From Podarcis tiliguerta (taxonomy: Eukaryota): 64,000 bases of DNA. Made by a program: the position numbers and the translations under genes. This document shows positions 13,453 to 25,693 of the stretch, in pieces (position 1 is the first letter of the stretch; every line of letters begins with the position of its first letter). Location: the NCBI GenBank assembly GCA_965153285.1, contig OZ229116.1; one strand, given 5' to 3'. The notes beneath the pieces were generated by a model, which was not told where the DNA came from, searched no databases, and saw only the letters and a list, made by a program, of their open reading frames with translations.

Positions 13453-14849
13453 GTGGGGTAGTGTTCATGTTATGCAGCCACATTTTTTTAAAAAAGCCTT
13501 TAAATAATAATTTAAAAGTCCAAGCAATTTAAATAGAAGGCAATAATTTCTGGAAGTTCTTTAATCTGAATTTTCTACCACTTTTCCTGTGAAAAGTGCC
13601 ACTTTCAGCCTATAGGAAGGCAGCCAGAACTTTCTGCAGTATTAAGAAAGTCTGCTGTTTATTCAAAGTGCTGCAAGCCCTTCTGTGAATTAGTTTTACC
13701 TTGCCATGGTTTTAGAGAATATTCAGGAACGGAAAATCATTTGGTAGCTTTGAGGTATGAGTTATGATTCATACTTTTAATTTCAAATCCGAAAGCATGG
13801 GAAAATAAAGAATGAATGTGTTGTGTTGGAGAAGATAAGTGGTGAGAGGGTCTGGGTCCACTGCCAGTTGGCAAGGGCTAGATGGCTATTGATCAGACCG
13901 GTGTTGTTACAATGTATTATTCATATGATTTGCATCCTCAGTGTTTGCTATGAATTCATTTTTTTCCCCTTTTGTATGGCTCTTCCAATAAAATGGTGGA
14001 AGTGGAGATTTTATAGCTGCCTATGAGAGACCTAAATTTCAGAGGCATGTGTGTGTTCCTTTCCATCCCTCTCCCATACCAGAGAGCCATCTTGGCAGCT
14101 TATTGGCAAAAGGCTACCAGTGTGGTCCCCTTTGGGATACATTCTCTCTCATTCATTCTGATTGCCACAGCAGTTGTAGCTTTTATGTAGTTTTTGGTCC
14201 TCCCCCTTATTTACTTATTATATTTTAAAATCTTGACTTTCTTCCAAAAAAGCCCAAGGTGGCACATATTATTTTGTACATCCAAGTGAAGCGGGTTAGG
14301 TGAAGAGTGACAGGCCCATGGTCACCCAGTGAGCTTTATGGCTGATTAGACTTCCCTTGCCTTAATTCAGCACTCCAACACTGACTTGATTCTTCCAGAA
14401 TAAGCCAATTCATAGATGTGTGTGCCCCAGCATTAAACTCCAGATAAGGTTAGGAAAGACTCCTGCCTGAATCCCTGGAAAGCCATTGGCATTCAGTATC
14501 AGCAATACTGAGTGAGATGAACCAATGGGCTGAGATCCTACTTTCCAAAGACTAACAACAAAGGGCAAATTTTGGGATGACTCCAAAACCAAGAAAGCAG
14601 AGACACCCAAATATTGCCACATTTTCATGGGACACATATCTCCATCACATATCAGACCCCACTTACCTAATGGAACAGAAACCATACATGTGAATATGAG
14701 CAATATTGGCTGCTATTTTTGGTCTGGAAATGTGATATAAATAATTATATTATTTTATGCATTGTTTTTGACATTTCACTTCTAATGAAATGTATTGAAG
14801 CTAACTATCAAATTATTTAAATTGCACAATTAATTAAATTAGTTTCCGC

Positions 14850-15363
14850 CATAGCTGATAGAAAGATGGACAATGTAGGTTTTAGCAGAAACTGAACTGT
14901 AGTGGAATGGAAATGGCGCTGATTGCGACAAACACAGGACAGGATGGAAATCTTTGCCTCCTTACATGCCAAAAAACAAGACAGTGCTTCAAACGGCATT
15001 ATAAAATGTATCTTCATTGAAGGAAATGTGGAACATACATGAAACAAAGAAAATGTAACAGTTATTGGGAAGTACTGAGGAGTATAAAACAAACTTTGAT
15101 GAGAAACAGAATAGCATCTACTCTAAGACTCAGTTTTCAAACTTCCTCTGAAATGTACAGAAGGGTCTCTGTCATTTTTGCTTTTAATCCTCTTCCAATG
15201 ACTGGCTCCCTCTTGAGACGAGAAACTACATTTTTGGCTAGCTGTAACCTCTCCCTCATGAGATCAGGCAGAGGAAAATCTATTTTTTTAAAGGATTTAT
15301 TTTTTGGTTTTATAGGTTTGAGCGTTCCACTAAGGGATTTTCCAACTTCCTCCACTTATTACA
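14850..15363 (-). pseudogene. Large exon remnant
   Basis: ctttcag acceptor; 72-codon frame EEVGKSLSG...LLYISEEV*, later CRLKHCLVFWHV (LxFW motif, 14969-14986). Confidence 0.45.
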
Positions 15364-16578
15364 CTGAAAGCTCTCTAAATATCAGCATTTCCGTGGGGAA
15401 GCAGAAATGTAATGCTCATCAGTTCTGGAAAATGGTGGGGCATTTTTCATTATCTGTCTCTCCCTACGATGTCCTCTTAAAACAACAACAACAACAACAA
15501 CAACAACTAGAAATGGCAGAGCTTCTCTAATTAAAACCTGTGGCAACAAGACACTCATGAATGAGAAAAAACAGAGGGTTTTCTTATCCTAGAAAGACAA
15601 AAATCCATCAAATAGCCCTTTCCTATCAAGGGGACTAGAAAAATTAGCATGAAGCTAACAGAACAACCCAATAATTTTATGTTACTTTCCTCATCTACAG
15701 GGGGCAGGGACTGTAGCTACCAAAATAGCAGGATAAAGTACAATGTAGGAGCCACCTCTCAGTTTGTTAAACTAAGAGAGTGACCACATCCACACCACAC
15801 ATTTAAAGCACAATGACACAACTTTAAACAATTGAATTTTGACCCCTAGACGGAATTTATATGCTCATTTCCGGCCACTGCTGACATTTTTAAGAGCCAG
15901 AAAAAACTTGCATTTCCATTTTTATTCTTTCTTATGTTGTGTCAAGTATCTTTCTGCAAACAGAAACAAATGAGCTACTCAGAGAACCATACTGAAGCCC
16001 ATTTTTATGCTTTCTGAATGAAAAATAAGACTAATCAAGGGACTCCCCCTCTTCAATGGGGGAAAAAAAACAATGAGAGCAGAATACCCATTGAAACAAT
16101 TGATTATTCAGTGGCTTGAATCAAAGCACATGGGGTTTATCTGCAAAGCCATCAAAAAGATTTTTTTTTTATTGAGACACTAAGTAGATAAGAGCATTAT
16201 TTAATGTCTGAAAATGTAGCAAGCCATTTTTCTTTTTTAGTGTGTAACTAAACAAACAAATGAACTTACAGCTTGTATAACAGAGTACCTCTGATTCTTA
16301 ATGCAGACTGAAAGTTCAAAAACAGCTGCTATGGAATAAATCTAAGACTGCCATTCCAAACACTCTTTACTGGGGAGTAAGCCTCATTGGACTCAGTAGG
16401 GCTTAGTTCTGAGTAGGCACAGAGATTGTAAGAAAATAAGAAGAGCCCTGCTGGATCAGCCCATCTGGTCCAGCATCCTATTCTCTTGGTGGCCAATCAA
16501 GCCCATGGAAAGTCTGGAAGCAGGACCTGAGTGCAAATCCCCCTTATGGACTTCCCATAGGCAGTGGTATAGAATGTA

Positions 16579-17107
16579 CAGTGGTACCCCGCAAGACGAA
16601 TGCCTCGGAAGACGAAAAACCTGCTAGACGAAAGGGTTTTTCATTTTCTGAGGTGCTTCGCAAGACGGATTTTCCAAAGGGTTTGCTTCGCTAGACGAAA
16701 CAGCCCTGCTTCTCCTGTCATGGCGACGGTCGCACGCTCGCTTCCCCGCTCCTCCGGCTCCCTCCCACCTTCCTGCTGACGGCTCCTCCAGCTCCCTCCC
16801 ACCTTCCGGCCGACCTTCCGACCTTCCGGCTGCCTCGCACCGCTGCCCACTGCCCTCGCGCGCTCCCCTCAGGAGCCGTTGCTGCCAGCAGCCAGCGCTG
16901 CAGCCGGAGTTGCGCTCCTGAGCCCCGCCGCCCTCCAGCAGCCGCGCCGCGCGGTGTCCACAAGGCACGGGTGAGTCCAAGGACCGGCTGTGGCAGCTGC
17001 CCTGCTTCTCCCCACCCCTCCCCGCCGTGGTGCTTCGCAAGACGAAAAAACTCGCTCTACGAAAAAACTCGCGGGACGAATTAATTTCGTCTTGCGAGGC
17101 ACCACTG
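16579..17107. mobile_element. Tc1/mariner MITE, family B, with a GC/CpG-rich core
   Basis: TIRs CAGTGGT.CC.CGCAAGACGAA with TA TSD; adjacent to a CR1 3'-UTR fragment (about 16435-16575). Confidence 0.9.
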
Positions 17108-17538
17108 TATACATGCATGGGATAGACGTACAAGAAGATTATGTTTCAAAACTGGATGCCTCGTGTTGCTCTATAAAATTTGGAACAATTACCTAGTTTT
17201 CACCCACAAATCTTATTGATCTTAGCAAGCTAAATCTGTGTGCTGCATCTTTGAACTTTTAATTACAATCATTTGCATTTTTAAAGCCAGTTAAATAACC
17301 CAGTGACCCTCACCATATCTGAGGACAGTGAATTCCAAAAGGTAAATATGAAATGTATATTTTATTTTCCATTTGTATTATAAATACAGTTATCTTTAAT
17401 AAAATTATTTTGAAAAAGGGTGAAATTTATAATATTTCCAAAGTCAGTATCATGTGAGACAATGTTCCAAATACAAAAGAGAAAGTATTTGAAGTCAAGG
17501 CTGCCCTGGGATTAAACATCAGTCCAGTTTCCTACTAA

Positions 17539-18209
17539 TGTCATGAGCCCCATAGAGATATATTGGAAAGGATGTGTGGCTCCTGAGGAGGCGGGGAAGA
17601 GTTCAAAGAGTTGGAGCCACATGACCATGGGGAACGGGGCAAGGGAGATACAACTGAGGACTTGAGAAATGTCTGAGCTGCAGGAGAAGCCAGTGATCAA
17701 GAAAGGCAGGAGCTGGATCCTAGGGAATGTTCAAGTGATTTGTCAGAAAGGTGTCCCACCCTGTGATATCAGACACTTTTAGTCAGGTACCTCCTAAAGG
17801 GCCACTGCTAATACCAGCCCCTCCTGTAAGTTGGGAGCCTCCTCCAGGGGAGGGAAAGGGGCACCTGAGGGTAAGTTGGATACAGAGCCAGCACCTCGAT
17901 TGTCCAGAACATGGAAAGGCCAGCATTGTCACATTCAACCCTAAGAAGCCCAGTCCACTTGCAGAAGTGCCCATTTGCTTGCCCATAGCAGAGACACCTG
18001 TTGTTTGCATGGGTATAGGTTGGGTCAATGTCTCAGCTTGCGCATAGCCATGCAATTCACCTGCTGTGCCTTCAACCCTTGCTTTGCCTATGTATCATAC
18101 AGATTTGTGCATTAAAGAATTTAGCATAATCAGAAATCAAAGTTTGAGTTTGAGGAGTATTATCAGATACATACAAGGCAAAGTACATTCCACAATCAGG
18201 GCATCACCA
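17539..18209 (+). mobile_element. Old solo-LTR-like element
   Basis: Starts TGTCA, purine-rich 5' part, ATTAAA at 18111; 3' end uncertain and no clear TSD. Confidence 0.45.
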
Positions 18210-19470
18210 CAGAATGAGTCCCCTTTTTGGTGTGGCTGCACCACAGATTTCCCTTGGGTGTGGAACCACTAGGACAATTTAAGCTGCTGTAGAGCAAAGG
18301 ATCAAAAATGCAATGCAGAACATTTCTTGCCCTCAAAGTCAGATCACTGTGCTGTGAGATGCTAATGATCATTGTTGCTCCACCAATGGTATCAATATAC
18401 TGGCTCAAGAAGATGTCTTACAAGTTGCTGTCTCAAAACAGTCACATGTCAAGAACATCAGAAAAAAATGCTGTTACGTTCATAGTCTCTCATCAAAGCT
18501 CATTTCCATTCTAAATCAAGGGTCTGAATATTATTTCAATTTAGTGGCATTTAAGCAGCAGAATCATTTCTCACATGTTTGTGGACACTTTTTAGAGACT
18601 GTCTACATTCTCGACTGCAACTGTTTTCCCAAGAGAGTCAGAAGAAAGCTGAGAGTGAAAGGAAGAGTAATAGATTGTACTGATGAACTTGGCGCCCTTC
18701 ACGTGAGAGAAAAGACCCCCAAATGCTTCAGTCCATGGAAGCAGCAACAAGAAAAATGTTCTTTCAATGCAGGCCTATGGTCATTGTGACATGAGTAACT
18801 GGTTTACCAATCCTCTCTCACAGCCACCTCCCCAATTTGCATATTTGAAAATTTCAAACTCACTAGCTGGGTCCATGCTATCTGAGCCACGCTGTACAAT
18901 TAATGTGCCCAATCATTTGGTGAGAATTTCCCTAGTTTGTTCTGCTAAAGTTGCCAAAATACTCCTGTACCACTGACCCAATCTTTATTTGCTTCCCAAC
19001 TAGCATAAACACAATAAGTCAATTCCTGTTCAGAAAGTTGTGCTGTTTTATGAACTGTCATGTCATGTCTATCGACAGATGGCTTTGTTTGAGAAAGGCT
19101 TCATTAGCAGACCTTTCCTATTCAAAAAGTCCATATGGTGTTTTATACTCACAGGAGTATAAAACTTGTTCCCTTTTCATTTTTAAACAGATCTTCATGA
19201 TCTTTTTCTATGAAGAGATGATACATAAATCCTACAATAACATTAAGCGTCTGGTTAACTAAGAGTTTGGGCCTTTAGCAATACAATGATATGCAGCATA
19301 TGGTAGATAAGGGGACATGCAAAGAAATGGCATTTCAAATACTGTTGTTGTTGTTATTGTTGTTGTTTTTACTACCATTTCTATCCCACCTCTCTGCCCA
19401 TTTATCACAAAACAGAACAGTAGCATGTATTTTAACACAGTATCACCAGGAACCCTGAAAGTGTTTTTAC

Positions 19471-20395
19471 GGTGAATGGGCTCAAGGCAGTCCAGGAGTC
19501 AATTAAAAATTTAATCCAGAAGAGAACTGAAAATACACAGTTCATGAATATTATAGAATTGCTCAGTGTTCAGAACTTGGCCCTGCCACTGTCAGTCTCA
19601 GCTCTGTCCTGCTGAAGCTCAGCTTGGATCATCAAAACACAGCTGAGCTTTGCTCCCAAGGCACAGCAAGCTAGACTGTGCAGTCAACTGTCAAACCCTA
19701 AAAAATGGATTGATCCTCTCCCTCTTCTTTATAACTTAGTTTGACTGCAATAGAGGTCCCTTTTGCCTGATTGTGGCTAGCGGATTCAGCACCACCTGGC
19801 CAATTTCAGGAGGGATTTTAGCCCCTCTATCACCACTATCCTTACAGGACTGTAGCTAGGGGGTGGCGAGGAAGGCCCCCACCAGGGGCACAGGTGAGGA
19901 GGGGGCGCAAAATCAGCAAAAAATAGGTCCATAAATATTTTCTGTGAAAGAGTTCATTACAAGGTGAAGTGCGTGAGGAATTGAATGGGTGGAGGGGGGG
20001 TTGGAGGAGAGGCGGAAAGAAGAGCTAATTTGTCCCTGGCTAGGGGGCACAATCCGTACGGTTCTGCCAAGGGCGCAAGATCATCTAGCTACCATTCTGT
20101 ATCCTAACAGGGTCCCTGAATATTAAAGAACAACTTAATCACAATCCCTGTCAAGAAGAAGTTATTAGCAAAGTCTTCATGGAAGAACATAAAAGCATTG
20201 GCTAACTTATTGAAGTCCAACAGAGACTGGACCTTGTCTCTCTTCCTTAGGAGTCTCTCTTCCTTAGAAGGACAACCCAAAGACATGCCTTTACTTGTGC
20301 AGTGAGCAAAGGGGGTTTCATGGAGAGATACGTACGGCTTGCTGTGAAAAGGTTTGCTTCCTGATTGTGTCTCAGTAAATACTGCACTCGCTGTG
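19471..20395 (-). pseudogene. Large exon remnant split by a hAT insertion
   Basis: tttttgttttcttttaag acceptor; YVSLHE...KLANAFMFFHED (cf. RGS22 FVALKG..LENGLLFWQE). Beyond the hAT MITE it reads FMNCVFSVLFWIKFLIDSW (cf. RGS22 IFGVLFKFWPQF). Confidence 0.5.
19845..20099. mobile_element. hAT non-autonomous element
   Basis: Imperfect TIRs CAGGACTGTAGCTAG / CTAGCTACCATTCTG; 8-bp TSD tatcctta/tatcctaa. Confidence 0.75.
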
Positions 20396-20837
20396 CTTAA
20401 AAGAAAAACAAAAATGGATCTTGAAGTCTGCCAAATATAGCTACTCATTAAGAACATTCACAGGGATCCATGTCACTTGTGATGACACATTGCTAGAACG
20501 ATGAGCTCTCAGTCAGATGTAAAATGTACCATTTTATTTTATTTTGTTTTAAAGGAGGAGATGACTTTAGAAAACAATGACTTATTCAAATGTCAGCCTA
20601 ATTCCAGGCACAAAAGATATTTCCTATTTTCAGGGCAAAAAAAAGACAGAACAAGGCAAAAGGGAGAGAAAAATAAAAATAATGAGCAAGTCGAGAGAAG
20701 ATAATATATATATATATATATGATTAATCTGAAATGAAAGCAAGAAAGAAAGCTGTAAAAATAAAAGTTCCTCCCCCCCCCCCTCTTTTTAATCATTGAA
20801 AATATTAGCTGTTAGCCATATTGCTGATGTCAGTTAC

Positions 20838-20933
20838 CCTGAAGATGGAGGGCTGCCCTGGCTGTCTTCAGTGAGCACTCGCTGCAGTGAAGCAGAGTTC
20901 ATTAGGAGATCTGCCAACCTCACTTCATTTGAT
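20838..20933 (-). pseudogene. Exon remnant (96 nt, phase 2-2)
   Basis: ccctatttag acceptor and AGG|GTAAC donor; open SNEVRLADLLMNSASLQRVLTEDSQGSPPSSG, phase-compatible with the acceptor at 20395. Confidence 0.5.
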
Positions 20934-21479
20934 CTAAATAGGGATTTATAAGTAGCAGGCAAATGTGGAGGAATCACCCTGAGCTGTCTTCTAGCTCCTC
21001 TGTGCATTCCCCCCACCACCACCATATTGCAAGGTCTCCTTTGGACCACCACCCCACAAAAAAGAAAATGTATGTAGAAGAATGAGGAAATAATAACCTG
21101 TATTGTCAGATTTGTGAACCTCGTCAGACAGAATTTATTAAGAATGAGTAGGGTGAGAAAGTATGTTTCAGAGACGTGGGGAGAGTATTTCCACTTATTT
21201 TAAAGGAAGAATAGCCTGCTGTGTTTCTCAATGTGCTTTATGGTTTAGGGTACCATATAGCTGTATGTGGAATCTGTGCTTCTATTTTGGATTAATGAAC
21301 TCCTTATTTCCCTAATGCATGTCATATAGAAAAGTCTTTTCCTGAACCAAATATGATTCCTTCCTGAAAACAAATACTAGCTTAGAATTTACTTTGCTTA
21401 GAGAAACAGCCATGGATATAGTCTCTCTTTCTATAAATATCAAGGCACAGGAGCTGGTTAACATTTGCATGACTTACAG

Positions 21480-21930
21480 TATGCTTGACAGATAGCCATC
21501 CAACCCCTGTTTGAATACTCACAGTGGAAGATAGACCACCACCATGAGAAGCAGTCTATTCTCCTGTTGAACAGCTCTTACCATTAGGAAGTTTCTCTTA
21601 GTATTTAGCTGCAATTTCCACCCTCTGGTTCTAGACAGAGGCAGAGTTAGGGCAGCACAACTGGTTGTGCCTCACTGTGCACCAAGCCCAGGTGGTGCCA
21701 CAGGGCATTACAACTATGACGTAGTGAACTGAGCAGAACAGAAGGTGAGAGGCAGGGGAGTGACAAATTTTGGCCTCACACAGAGCGACGCCGAAATTTG
21801 AAAGACCCAACTCTGTCCCTGTTCTAGACCTTCCTTCTGCAGCAACATAGGACAAACCTACTCCATTTTCTGTGGGACAGCCCTTCAGATAATTGAAAAT
21901 CTCTATCATCCCCTTTTTGCTATTTTGATG
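21480..21930 (-). mobile_element. CR1 3' fragment with a nested hAT-like MITE (21636-21821)
   Basis: MIEIFNYLKGC..AAEGRSRT resumes after an insert flanked by ttctaga direct repeats and CAG.G.CAGAGTT TIRs. Confidence 0.7.
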
Positions 21931-23074
21931 TGAAGCACAATTTTGAGAGGTCCGTACTACATTAGCTGACCAAAACTGACCTCCCTTTATCAAGCACAAT
22001 GATCTCCTGATGTTCTTGGACTTGTACCTCCAATCACTCCTGACCGATGACCATGTTGTCCAGGGGGAATGTTAGTCCAAAAACACTTTGAAGGGCACCC
22101 CATGGGCATGTTTGAGTTTAAAATCTGGACGAGTACTTCCACAATCAAGTATCCAAGTAGTAGATTTTTTAAGAGCTAGTGGTTGTTGTTTCATAACTGC
22201 TACCTGAAGAATGCAAAAATGGTTCTTGAATGTTCTATCATAGTGCTGTAGATGCTTTTAGCACTTTGCAGAGTTACACAAACAAATTATAGAGAGCCCC
22301 CCCCCCCCGCTGCCCTCATGAACCTCCTAGTCAAAAACCAACATTAGGGAAGGACACACAAGAGGAGAAATGAGGGAACAAGTATTACGATAAAACTTGG
22401 CTTGTAGTTTACAGTTTCTTTCTCTCAGACTGTCTGAAGAATCATATAGTGTTGTAAGTAAGTGAATTTTCCATATGCCAATGCTTAATTTTTCAGCCAC
22501 TCTCTGCTGGGATCTGTGTGGCATTTTGGTAGCTCCTGCACCTTAACTATAGCTAAGTAGAAGTCCGGGCTAATGTAAACCAAGGTTTATATTTCAAACA
22601 GAGACCTTGGCTAATGAGCACCATGGTTAAACTGTGGGGATGGGGTCAGAAGATCGTTTGAATACAAACCATGGTTTGTAAACCATGGCTTAACATCTCA
22701 TGCAAACTGGACCAATGCAAAACTTCTAGATATTTGGAAACCCAGAGTGCATAACCTTAAGCATAAGGACTGCGTGCTGCCCTCAGCCTAATTTTGCATA
22801 GCCCTCAGTTTAATTTTAAAACTCCATACACTTCATAGCACCCACCTGGGGCACCCACTTTTGAATATGTTGAATATGGCTCCACTCATGACCACCTGTG
22901 CCACAGGTGGGTGAAGGAAATGTATCTCTTATCTTAAGAGGAAAAAATGTTCCTAACTTCTGTTTAAAACCATAGTTGCAAATGAATTTTAAAAAGAATG
23001 AATGAAATCTATAACCACTGGTGTAGTCAGTCTTTCCAGTTAGTTCCATTGCAAACATGCAAGCAAGCAAGCAC

Positions 23075-23202
23075 CTTGCTTCCTTCAGTACAATATTTTG
23101 AAGATCGACATTCAGACCTTTCCATAAAATTAAGTACTTCTGTTGCCTCAGAACATACAGCTGCTAGCAGCTCAAGTAGTGTTGAGAATTTTGCACAGCA
23201 TG
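23075..23202 (-). pseudogene. Candidate exon remnant
   Basis: ttcttcaaag acceptor and AAG|GT donor; open frame CCAKFSTLLELLAAVCSEATEVLNF..., and a 1-nt shift gives VLNLWK. Confidence 0.4.
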
Positions 23203-23555
23203 CTTTGAAGAACACAAGGTTGTATTTACTCAAGATAGGAATCACAATAGAGGCATCAATCTTCAAAAATCTGTTGAAGTAAGAGCATTAAGGAAAATTG
23301 TGCAGTATGGTTACATATTTTACTTTCAGAATAATATGAGCATTTTAAAGTTCATAGCATGCCATTATGCTGCTTTTTCTCGTCAAAGTTGCTGGGGCAA
23401 AAAGCACATGTTAAAAAATAGAATTTGAACAGAGATGATAAGAATCTAGTCTTATATTTCCTTAGAAGACAAACTTTATCACAGTTAGGCATTTTTCATA
23501 CCTTCCCAGTAGTTGAACCAAGCCATTTGAAATGCCCAGGCAATTATTTAAAATA

Positions 23556-23888
23556 CAGTGGTGCCCCGCAAGACAAATGCCTCGCAAGACGGAAAACCCG
23601 CTAGACGAAAGGGTTTTCCATTTTTCAATGCGCTTCGCAGGACGAATTTCTCTATGGGCTTGCTTTGCAAGACAAAAATGTCTTGCGATTCTTGCAATTT
23701 TTTTTCACTCCCCACCCCCTTTTTCTAAGGCACTAAGCTGCTAATAGCCTTTTAGCAGCTAATCCGCTAATCCCTTAAGCCTTTAATAGCCGCTAATAGC
23801 CGCTAAACCGCTAATAGCGCTAATCCGCTAATCCGCTAGACGAAGAGACTGACGGAACGGATTCTTTTCGTCTTGCAAGGCACCACTG
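23556..23888. mobile_element. Tc1/mariner MITE, family B
   Basis: CAGTGGTGCC TIRs, TA TSD, internal CCGCTAA repeats; very similar to 55085-55434. Confidence 0.9.
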
Positions 23889-24200
23889 TATGTTTGTGTG
23901 TCAGAAGGAATGGGAAAGCCAAGTATTTGGGATGTACTCAATAAGGCAGTTGAACCAAGGTATTCAGGTTAAGTTGCTTTCCATGTTATCATGCATCCAA
24001 CTCAGAAAATAGACAGTTAGGTTGAAGAGTAGTACAAACAGTACAAAGTGCAATGTTAACTCATTATCTCAAGTTTGTCTATATTCTCTCTGTATATTGT
24101 AGGTTTCACTCTGTAGATAATATACAGTAGAAAAAGCGCAGAACAAATTGATGAGCTGAAGCGTTGCAAAGAACAGACATTGTCAAGCATCCAGATAGAC

Positions 24201-24260
24201 AGTATCTAGTATCTAGTATCTAGTATCTAGATCTAGTATCTAGTATCTAGTAGTATCTAG
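24201..24260. repeat. (AGTATCT)n heptamer tandem repeat
   Basis: About 8 units with small deletions. Confidence 0.9.
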
Positions 24261-24720
24261 AAGTTATTTAATATATATATCAGACAACATGTTTTGCCTG
24301 GAACATGGCCACAGAAGGAGGACCAATTAACATTAACCCTACTGTTCAAAAGAGGGGAAATGGGAACATGTGGTCCTCCAGAACTTGTTGAACTTAACTC
24401 CAACCATCAGGCTCAAGATAGCATGGCCAATGTTAAAAGATGTTGTAGTCCAGCAACGTTTGCAGGGCCACAAAAATTTCCATTCCTGGTTGAAAAGTCA
24501 TTTTTGAAAGCATGGGGAATGGGAATTGTGCTAGACTTCTTAAAAGAAGAGGCCTCCTATCAACCAAGGCTTACCTAATATAGCCTCCCTATTTCCCACA
24601 ATGGCCAACCACAAGTCACTAGCAGGACAAGGGTGTAATAGTCCTATCCTACTGTTGTGCTTTGGTAGTTGGCATTCAGAGGCATATTGCCTGTAATTCT
24701 GGCGGTAGCATATATGGCCA

Positions 24721-25193
24721 TTTCAGGGACTGGGCAGAGGAGGAATGCTGGAGACCGCCTCCCCATCCTTACCCCTCCAGGGAGGAGGAAGAGGAAGACA
24801 GTATAGATTTACAACAGTGGTTTGAGGGAGGTCACAGCTCAGAGGCAAATGAGGGAAAGGTTGGGAAATAATGAGAGAGGAAGAGGCAGGACCGGAATGG
24901 CAGCTGGCTGACACGGTGTCTTTAGAAAGCATTCCAGACCCTCCATCTCCCAGAACCCGGCGAGTCTTAAAAGTAGGAGAGCAAAGAGCTCAAAGACAGA
25001 GGTCATGTAGCAGCACCCGTAGAAGTAACAAATGAAGAAGTGGGAGAGATGGGGAGGGGTGGAGGTTCACTTGGGACAATGCCATTATCCAAGAGGCTGG
25101 GTTCTACAACTTCTTTCTGTAATAAAAAAGGACGGTAAGAAACTTTTCCTTATATTTATACTTTCCTGAGCAACCAGCCGGGAGCCTCTGACA
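24721..25193 (+). mobile_element. Solo LTR (Gypsy-like)
   Basis: Starts TTTCAGG (presumed decayed TGTCAGG) and ends CTGACA, AATAAA at 25121; shares aataaaaa(a)ggac and an encoded peptide with 9617-10124. Confidence 0.65.
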
Positions 25194-25511
25194 GCTTCAT
25201 AGTCAAGTGGGTATACCAAGAAAATGATGAAATTATTTCTCTTTTTCGCCTCTAACTCATGAAAAACTTCTTTAACAGCTCTTGAAAAGTTTAATGAAAT
25301 ATACATAACAAAAAAAAATAGAAATAGGAAGAACACTGGATGTAAAAAGTGGCTTCTTTCCTATTGAAATAGCTATTTGTGGGGAGCTGATTTTCACTGG
25401 GGAAATTGTGTGGAGGAAAGAGTTAGATGTCTTTTCCTCATCCGCATGCTGAAGTCTGGACCAGAAACACACTCACACATTTAACAGATTTTCATTTGAC
25501 CCTGACCTTAC

Positions 25512-25693
25512 CATCACAGCGTGGGAAAGAGCCTTTCTGTAGTGACTCTGATGCTGGGAATGACTCTGGTGCCATAATAGCATGAGATAGCATGCCATGT
25601 AACATGAACCGGGTTCTTCAGTAATAGTAGTTGGTTTTTTTTTCCAAAAAGGCAAGCCTTCAAGTGTTGAGAAATTAGTTTTTTGAGTCTGTT
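25512..25693 (-). pseudogene. Candidate exon remnant
   Basis: ttattttattccaag acceptor and ATG|GTAAGG donor (alternative GTGAGT at 25476); one open and one nearly open frame. Confidence 0.4.

Noticed and set aside
15039-15530. 163-aa plus-strand ORF with polyQ
   Set aside because: Antisense to a fossil exon; the polyQ is a (CAA)n microsatellite.
16624-17133. 169-aa ORF or CpG-island promoter
   Set aside because: Lies almost entirely within a TIR/TA-bounded MITE; GC richness explains the lack of stops.
20838-25693. Four-helix cytokine (IL2/IL15/IL21-like) exons
   Set aside because: No signal-peptide exon or phase-0 exon pattern; the segments fit the longer minus-strand chain.
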